NCBI GenBank assembly: GCA_902797685.1 | Contig: CADBTQ010000012.1 | Coordinates: forward strand, 8,753 to 72,752 | From: an uncultured Eubacteriales bacterium | GTDB taxonomy: Bacteria > Bacillota > Clostridia > Christensenellales > CAG-1252 | Length of the DNA stretch: 64,000 nt | Direction of reading: 5' to 3' | In this document: one piece after another, positions 50,901 through 55,952 of the stretch | Position numbering within the stretch: position 1 is the first letter of the stretch | How the letters are laid out: each line of letters starts with the position of its first letter | Program-made: the position numbers and the translations under genes | Notes under the pieces: model-generated | Database searches by the model: none | What the model was told of the DNA's origin: nothing | The model's input: only the letters and a program-made list of their open reading frames with translations

Positions 50901-52112
50901 ATCCTCTTCGGTGACCAAGTCCACTTGTTGCAACAGATCGCGGTGCAAAAACTCCTCGAGCACTTGGTCGTACATCGCCGCAAAGTGGCGCAGGGTGCTC
51001 TCCTCGTAGAGGTCGGAGCGGTACTCCACCCACATCTCGAAACTATCGCCCGTGCGGTGCAACTCGATCGCCAAATTGCCCTTGCCGTCACGTCTTACCA
51101 GTTGCTCGACGGGTAAGGTCTTACCGCCCAAGGTCGTATGATAAAAAGAATCCCCTTGATAAGCGAACATCACCCCGCAATTGACGCCGAGATCTTGGCT
51201 CAACGCCGAGAAGGGGTACAGCAAGTGTCGTACGCTGTCGGACAACTGCTTACTCGCGCCTTTGACGTAATCTTCAACCGTCTCGACCGTTTGAAGATAC
51301 AAAGGAAACGTCTTGACGAACATACCCATACTCGACTGTGTATCGGGGTTGCGCCCGTTGGACACGGTCAAAAAGAGGGCTTTGTCGTCCATGTTGATCT
51401 TGGAAAGAAGATACCCGAACGCCGCCGCGAAATAGGACGAGGTCTTGGCTTGCCAAAGGGTGGTCTTACCCTTGACCGCTTGGTTGGAAACGAACAGTTT
51501 AGTCTTGAAAAAGCCGTAGGCGGGCGCGCCGTCGTTGCGGTCGAAGATCAAGCCCGAATCGGTCTCGGGGTCGGCGACCGTCTTTTCCCAATACGCCTTG
51601 TCCTCTGCCAAGCGGGGAGACGACAACAGTTCGGCTTCCTGCCTCGCCCACACGTTGGCGTCCACCGTTTCGGGAGAAAGGGGTCTGCCCTCGTAAGCGG
51701 CGGTCACCTCGTCGATAAAGAGTTTGAGCGAGGTGCCGTCCATCAGGATATGGTGGAAGTCAAACACGAAGTAATACTCCCCCGCCACCTTGTGCAACGA
51801 CAGGCGGTAGAAGTGACTACCTATCATCTCGAAAGGAGGGGACTCGAGATGGAGATCATTCTCTTCGATCAAGGGGATCTCGATCTCCCGAGGCTCCACG
51901 TGTTTGAGGATAGCGCCGTCTTCTCCCTGCGTCAACACGGTATTGAGATAGGGGTGCGCCTCAAACACCGACTTGACCCCTTTGACGAAGCGGTCGACGT
52001 CGAGGTCTGTGCCCAAATCGACGTAATTGGTCAAATTGTAAGCGTCCGTGGGGGTAAGACAGGACGCAAAAATCCCTTCTTCGGTCTTGGATAACGGATA
52101 GTAGTTCTTCAT
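44901..52112 (-). CDS. Bimodular non-ribosomal peptide synthetase, C-A-T-C-A-T-R (terminal thioester reductase)
   Basis: 2403 aa. C domains have HHILMDG (aa 120-126) and HHILCDG (1119-1125). A domains have LYTSGSTGVPKG (569-579) and IYTSGSTGKPKG (1574-1584), NAYGPTE/NGYGPTE, YKTGD/YRSGD and GRxDxQVKxRGxRVEL. The T-domain Ser residues are in AGLTS(949) and GGTS(1964). The R domain has TGVTGFLG (2043-2050) and YVHSK (2199-2203). Confidence 0.95.
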   Translation of the reverse strand: MKNYYPLSKTEEGIFASCLTPTDAYNLTNYVDLGTDLDVDRFVKGVKSVFEAHPYLNTVLTQGEDGAILKHVEPREIEIPLIEENDLHLESPPFEMIGSHFYRLSLHKVAGEYYFVFDFHHILMDGTSLKLFIDEVTAAYEGRPLSPETVDANVWARQEAELLSSPRLAEDKAYWEKTVADPETDSGLIFDRNDGAPAYGFFKTKLFVSNQAVKGKTTLWQAKTSSYFAAAFGYLLSKINMDDKALFLTVSNGRNPDTQSSMGMFVKTFPLYLQTVETVEDYVKGASKQLSDSVRHLLYPFSALSQDLGVNCGVMFAYQGDSFYHTTLGGKTLPVEQLVRRDGKGNLAIELHRTGDSFEMWVEYRSDLYEESTLRHFAAMYDQVLEEFLHRDLLQQVDLVTEEDKRLLDGFNQADLSAIDPALTVLDHFAEMVKRFPSRPAVVFKDKSYTYSQVDEKSDRIACYLQSKGIGREDVVSVLIRKSEYIVIASLGVIKSGAAYQPLDPSYPEERLEFMVKDAASKAIIRDPSLGELLPAFEGEVLYTDEIGSLPQGKPTGKPRPQDLFIMLYTSGSTGVPKGVMLEHGNINAFCSFHAQAHQVDETARVAAYASYGFDADMMDLYPALTHGGCVYVIPDEMRLDLIKLGDYFNDNGITHAILTTQVGRQFVEMIESKTLRYLTVGGEKLVPIDPPKGYALYNAYGPTEGTVYCSSQLVDRKYYRVPIGKVNCCYKSYILDKNGRRLPPLAQGELYISGPQVARGYLNREEENAKAFLTNGFDPDPAFRRLYKTGDVVRYLLDGTLDFIGRKDGQVKIRGFRVELSEVEEVIRQFEGIADATVKDFTDPSGIKFICAYVVSDHPVDIDALNAFIASRKPPYMVPAYTMQIDKIPLNQNQKVNKRALPVPQVRAAEKVLPEGEDETAIYDILKGIIGTDSFGVTTDVYEAGLTSVTSIRFAIMLSKRFGKDVDNGMLKQYPTVRALAKALAGAEEQKTYEILSEYPISKTQEGIFVECAAHPNTTNYNIPILFRLPKGMDIARLKKALSEVIDAHSYVKTTLRMNEDGDILACRSDLAPVIREYDVPEAVPADLVRPFGLIASPLYRAEIYHAHDGDYLFLDFHHILCDGTSEAILLADLGKAYQGQKVEAETFTGYEVALKEKEDRTEDKLAAAKAFYADYLKDMDGEYVVKKDMKVKEQSRLCSHDYFLTLDVEGLKKFVSEHKLTLNAYFNYAFGFTLSKYLYKSDSLYTTIYDGRTSSRTANTVSMLVKTLPVYMAYKEEGKVLDGLTKMKEDLVKLQNSVYSFAEVVADFDVPADVMFAYQGDSFTFDHIGDAKVESVLIESDTPKSAFSVDVFLEKGVYRAHFEWDESCYNQDSMDSFARLFELVLGELSRKESIKDIDTLPAKDREMYAEFNSTFEPIPDVSFNQLVEKQARLNPDHLAVVGRGGRYTYKDLNERANKVAHALIDAGVKIGDKVMMMMPRVADAYVVRQGIVKSGGAFVPVDPKYPDERIEYIAEDSAAKYLVTIGEIAEQKQELIAKSGLEVVLLEEAQKSDKVANPDLAIPQDSLCYIIYTSGSTGKPKGVMISHRNLVNYVLDGTNRGTALYRGIKGGAVSCSFASFAFDASLQEECVPLSHGYTAVIATEEEIENPLLLAKTLKAEGVNLMFMTPSFVSNVIDSKEFVDALKQFEALDMGAEAVPQELCAKLRSLGVHAAIYNGYGPTETTITCTYHKVEDKYVTIGKPLANTALYILDQAGHILPIGAIGDLTIAGECVGIGYLGMEDKTREKFITVDGKRAYRSGDLARYNAEGNVEFFGRLDNQVKLRGLRVELDEIEKVLNSYPSVSRSIIVVKTNATDGDYLAAYYTATSTVDKNDLIAHMSKSLTPYMIPKVLMQLDKMPLTASGKIDKKALPEGEFTQQNKGPVKGATTRLQEQLVGIFAKALGVKQVGVDEDFFDLGGTSLSASKIAMLALQQNLPIAYQDVFEYSTVLDLERHILSKSGETAKEEDKPQVVVGSMGYNRPEYVDDVDFSRPLGKVLVTGVTGFLGIHILKELLDQGVHTVALARSSRLNAKDRLTGMLAYYFDSPLEDKLEQYVTIVDSDVTDPDLGAKLKEVEFDTIINCAALVKHFAVDDSIERVNVGGVQNLIGIAKERGVRLVQISTLSVAGENVDGKFDESFRMREDMLDFGQDISNKYVHSKFNAEKAILEGVDEGLDGKVIRVGNLMSRQSDGEFQANSITNGFMRDLKGYATLHKFPVGSMDVAVDFTPIDEVAKVVLLLSQTDSKFTVFHAANSHMVQMGDIVAVMNELGFDIEVVSDARFDEAMREMMADDSKNMLVSSLLNYASSDAHTHSFILSDNQFTVKALYHLGYKWPITDEQYLRNAINSLDSLNFFTRSDI

Positions 52113-52180
52113 GCCCGGGTTCTCCTTGATTAACGGCGGTAAGCCACCGGCTTGAGGGGGCGATACCCTCTCTTGTCAGA

Positions 52181-53353
52181 TTAAAAAGCCAGCGAATCGA
52201 CCGAAGCGATCAACTTAGCCAATTCCTTTTTGTAGAATGCGATCTCCTCCGCGTGGTCTTCCCCGCGGTGCAAAGTGCGGCGGACGGCGCGTTGCAACAG
52301 GCGGGTGTACCCGATGACTTGCGCCTTTTCGGCATACCCTTTGAGGGTCTCCTCGTCGGTGGTGTCGAAGTATTTTTGCAAAGTCTTGTGCCACACTTGA
52401 ATGGACTCGTCCGCGGTGATACCCAAGAAGTCGCCCGCGTGATCCATGTCAAGCGAGTGGAATCCGATATAGGCGTTGAACACCGAGCCGAACTCGAACA
52501 CGGGGTTGCCCACGCACAAAGTATCCATATCGATCAAGATGGCTTCGCCGTTTTGGACCATCACGTTTTTGAGGTGATAGTCCCCGTGGATGAGGTGATG
52601 GGACTCGGGTACGGCTTTGACCAGTTGCTCCAATTTGGCGCCCACGTCCTCGTCCAAGTAGGTCTTGGCGATGTTGACCCACCTAAGCGCCAATTCCTTG
52701 ATATTGGGGATGTCTTCGTCTTCCACCTCGATGGAGTGGATCTTTTTGAGCAGATCCACGTAGATATCCACGTAATGATCCAATTTGTCGGGTTCTTGGG
52801 TGATGCACGCCGCCAAGGATTTGGCGTTGAGCAACTCGAACACGGTGCCGTACAACTTGCCCACTTGCACGATGTCGTAGGAGATGGCGGTGTTGACGCC
52901 CAGCACGAACGCCTTTTTGGCGAGCGAGCGCTCCCTTTGGATGTCCTCGAAGCTGTCGGGGTTGGCGTAGACCTTGACGATGGTCTCGGGATCGATGCGA
53001 TACACCTTGCCGTTGGCGCCCTCGCCGATGACCTCGCAACCGTCCACCGATATCTTTTTGTACGCCTTTTCCACGGGCATCAACTCGGTAAAGCCGGTCA
53101 TGTCGAAGATCTCGTACACGTCGGTGGTGACGTTGACGAGTTTGAGGCTGCTATACGACTTGCGCAGACGCAAGACAACTCGTAGTCCCGCCGACGAGAT
53201 GTACTCCAGATCGGCAAGATCCAGCACCAGTTGGTCAAACGACTGACCGCTCAGCACCCGGTTGATCTCCTGCGCCACCGCTTCGGCGTTGTTGGAGTCG
53301 ATACGACCGTCCAAATAGATGACCAATTTACTTCCGATAAACTCATTTCTCAT
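52181..53353 (-). CDS. STAS domain fused to a protein-kinase-like / aminoglycoside-phosphotransferase-fold kinase domain
   Basis: 390 aa. The N-terminal STAS is LDLADLEYISSAGLRVVLRL. It is followed by the Gly loop IGEGANGKVYRI..VKVY, the catalytic HGDYHLKNVMV and the metal-binding LIDMD. Confidence 0.8.
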   Translation of the reverse strand: MRNEFIGSKLVIYLDGRIDSNNAEAVAQEINRVLSGQSFDQLVLDLADLEYISSAGLRVVLRLRKSYSSLKLVNVTTDVYEIFDMTGFTELMPVEKAYKKISVDGCEVIGEGANGKVYRIDPETIVKVYANPDSFEDIQRERSLAKKAFVLGVNTAISYDIVQVGKLYGTVFELLNAKSLAACITQEPDKLDHYVDIYVDLLKKIHSIEVEDEDIPNIKELALRWVNIAKTYLDEDVGAKLEQLVKAVPESHHLIHGDYHLKNVMVQNGEAILIDMDTLCVGNPVFEFGSVFNAYIGFHSLDMDHAGDFLGITADESIQVWHKTLQKYFDTTDEETLKGYAEKAQVIGYTRLLQRAVRRTLHRGEDHAEEIAFYKKELAKLIASVDSLAF

Positions 53354-53919
53354 TGTGGTTCCCCCTTAAATACCAAGTAAACTAATTGTTTGTATTCCAA
53401 ATATGCGAACGTGTCGCCCAATTCGCTCTCCAGTAAGCCCAATATCGAGCGATAGTACCATTCGTGTTGGGCTTTGCGCCTCTCGTTAAACGCCTCGAAC
53501 ACGCGGTTGCCGATGAGCACGTAATCTTTGGAAAGCGCACGCATGTTGCTCAATTTGTCGGACAGCCACACGATCTTTTCTTCTCTGTTGGCTTTTGCCA
53601 ACTCGTCCAAGGATTCCTGCTTGCGTATCTTCCAAGTGACGGAAGCGGGCTGGTCTTTGCGCTTGTTTTCGGTCTCGCTCTTAACTAGGGCGAGCACCCT
53701 CTTGCCAAACAACTCTTCCACTTCCTCCTCCGTGGCGTCGGTGTCTTCGAGTACGTCGTGCAGAAGCGCCGCGATGATGACGTCCTCGTCGTCTGTCAGC
53801 GAAGCCGCCACCGCCGCCGCTTCCATGGGATGCAGGATATACGGCACGTGCGACAACTTGCGTATCTGCCCCTCGTGCATTCGAGCGGCATAGTCGATCG
53901 CTAATTGTAGTCTCGTCAT
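53350..53919 (-). CDS. HD-domain protein of the RelA/SpoT (p)ppGpp-hydrolase type (small alarmone hydrolase-like)
   Basis: The track ORF is trimmed to ATG 53919 (ATGA overlap with the upstream stop). YILHPMEAA...ALLHDVLEDTDAT matches the H...HD...ED signature of SpoT-type hydrolases. 189 aa. Confidence 0.75.
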   Translation of the reverse strand: MTRLQLAIDYAARMHEGQIRKLSHVPYILHPMEAAAVAASLTDDEDVIIAALLHDVLEDTDATEEEVEELFGKRVLALVKSETENKRKDQPASVTWKIRKQESLDELAKANREEKIVWLSDKLSNMRALSKDYVLIGNRVFEAFNERRKAQHEWYYRSILGLLESELGDTFAYLEYKQLVYLVFKGEPQ

Positions 53920-55949
53920 AGTTTTTTCTCCAATATCAATATATTTTGCCCGTCGACGTAGTCGTAGCGCACGTCGTCGACCAAGCGTTTGGTCATATAT
54001 ACCCCCAATCCGCCCTCTTTGCGCTCCTCGGCGCTCAAGGTCACGTCGGGCTCTTTGGCGGCGAGAGGGTTGTAGGGTTTGCCGTGGTCTTGGAAGGTGA
54101 TAGACAGCTTGTCCTCTATCCACTGCAGCTTGACAACGACGTCGCCCGCTTGCCGCCCCAGATAGGCGTAACTCGCGACGTTGACGAAGATCTCCTCCAC
54201 CGCGACCCCCAACTGCATCAGCCACTTGGGGCTATCCGCTTTTTGAGAGGCAAACCCCTCCACAAAAGCGTTCACGTCGTCCAACTCTTTGGGATCGGCG
54301 GCAAACGTTCTCGTCTCACCGCCGCCTCCTTGATAACTCATACAAAGCATAGTCATATCGTCAAATTGGGGCGCTTCGCCCACAAACGCGCCCACTCGCG
54401 CTACAACGTCCTCGACAGTGGCTTGGGGAGTATTGCCCGCCAACGTCTTCAACGCCTCGAGGGTGGCGTCCAATCCAAACATCTTTTGCTCGCCGTCGGT
54501 GGCTTCGGGCACCCCGTCGGTGTAGAGGAACAACTTGTCTCCCCGCTTCATGGTAAACTCGAAGTTGGTGTATTTGACCCCCTCCATCGCGCCCACGATC
54601 ACCCCGCGCTTGGCTTTGACGAACTCGGCGCTCCCGTCGGGATGGGTCAGGATGGGTTGGTCGTGTCCCGCGTTGGAAGCGATCACTTTGCCGGTGGATA
54701 TCTCCACTATTCCCAACCATATCGTCACGAACATCTCGGCTTGGTTGTGCGAGCAGATGCGGTCGTTGACGAACGCCATTGCGTCCGCGGGACTTAATCC
54801 GCTCGTCACCCCCTCGTTGAGAAGGATCTTGGTGACCATCATAAACAGAGCCGCGGGCACGCCCTTACCCGACACGTCGCCGATCATCACGGCAAGGTGA
54901 TCGGGATCGACCAAGAAAAAGTCGTAGAAGTCGCCTCCCACTTGCTTGGCGGGATTCATGATCCCGTACAAGTCGAACTCCTTGCGATCGGGAAACGCGG
55001 GGAACCGGGAGGGCAACGACCCTTCCTGTATTTGCTTGGCGATATCCAACTCCGCCCCGATCTTTTGTTTTTCGGCGATGGCGTCGGACAAGTGGTCGAT
55101 GTACTCCAGAGTGGCGGTCTCCATCGTCGCCATGGCTTGCGCCAAAGCGGAGATCTCGGAGATACGGCTGATATTGCCATCCAAAGGCACGTCGGGAGCG
55201 CTGTTGTGGGTGGCAAAGCGCTGCGCTTCGTCCATGATGGTGCGGATGGGCTTGACGAATTGATCTTTGGCGATGAACACGTAAGCGGTGATGACGACCA
55301 ACGCCAACAGCGCCGTCGTCACGCTGATGATGATCGCGTAACTATTGCCCCACTTGTGCAACAAGTCCATCGACTGCTGTACGCAGATGATCCCCGCCAC
55401 CGTGCCGTCCTGCCGCTTTAGCGGGATAAGGCTGTTGATATGCGCGGGCGCCGAAGCGGTGCGTTCTCTCGTGACGGTCGCGCGCTCCAACTTTCCCTCC
55501 ATCAGGTCTTGGTACACGCCCCAGTAGTCGGACGACTTTTGCTCCCAGACCGAGCCCAGTTCCCACGGGGTGTAGCCCGACCTATCGCTCGGACAGTTGA
55601 TGATAGAGGTGTATTTGTGATAGTCGTACTCTTCCAAGGGGCGGATGATATAGACGATGTACACCCCTTGATTTTCGCAAAACTGCTTAAGCAGCGCGGT
55701 CTTTTGGGCATGCTCGTCCAATTTGTCGCCCGCAAGATACGCGTCCGCGTCCTCTCCGGTGACGAATTGGGTCACTGTGGTCGCGGTGGCAAAAGCGGAC
55801 TCGTTGTAGCGGGTGGTCAAGGTATCGTTGAACTTGCTGTACCCGATCGCCGCCGTGATCACGCCGAAAATCACCAACAGGATCGTCGTCGACACCACGA
55901 TATTGAAAACGAGCGAATTATGTATGCGCTTTGCCTTTGATTTTGCCAT
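53916..55949 (-). CDS. Transmembrane sensor (Cache-like ectodomain) / HAMP / PP2C phosphatase fused to a C-terminal RsbW-like GHKL domain
   Basis: 677 aa. The PP2C motifs are GGDFYDFFLV...VMIGDVSGKGVPAALFMM...LFLYTDGVPE...DDMTMLCM. The C-terminus has the N-box EEIFVNVASYA, QDHGKPYNP and EGGLGVYMTKRL. Confidence 0.85.
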   Translation of the reverse strand: MAKSKAKRIHNSLVFNIVVSTTILLVIFGVITAAIGYSKFNDTLTTRYNESAFATATTVTQFVTGEDADAYLAGDKLDEHAQKTALLKQFCENQGVYIVYIIRPLEEYDYHKYTSIINCPSDRSGYTPWELGSVWEQKSSDYWGVYQDLMEGKLERATVTRERTASAPAHINSLIPLKRQDGTVAGIICVQQSMDLLHKWGNSYAIIISVTTALLALVVITAYVFIAKDQFVKPIRTIMDEAQRFATHNSAPDVPLDGNISRISEISALAQAMATMETATLEYIDHLSDAIAEKQKIGAELDIAKQIQEGSLPSRFPAFPDRKEFDLYGIMNPAKQVGGDFYDFFLVDPDHLAVMIGDVSGKGVPAALFMMVTKILLNEGVTSGLSPADAMAFVNDRICSHNQAEMFVTIWLGIVEISTGKVIASNAGHDQPILTHPDGSAEFVKAKRGVIVGAMEGVKYTNFEFTMKRGDKLFLYTDGVPEATDGEQKMFGLDATLEALKTLAGNTPQATVEDVVARVGAFVGEAPQFDDMTMLCMSYQGGGGETRTFAADPKELDDVNAFVEGFASQKADSPKWLMQLGVAVEEIFVNVASYAYLGRQAGDVVVKLQWIEDKLSITFQDHGKPYNPLAAKEPDVTLSAEERKEGGLGVYMTKRLVDDVRYDYVDGQNILILEKKL

Positions 55950-55952
55950 AAC

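Noticed and set aside
45957-52094. Several 300-640-aa plus-strand ORFs (45957..47210, 47994..49907, 51138..52094 and others) inside the NRPS region
   Set aside because: They are antisense to the NRPS frame, which carries every core C/A/T/R motif. They have no motifs of their own.
53920-54225. N-terminal extension of the HD-domain ORF (track 53350..54225, 291 aa)
   Set aside because: The extension is Arg/Gly-rich and lies inside the PP2C-GHKL gene in another frame. ATG 53919 gives the ATGA coupling junction and a normal HD-protein N-terminus.
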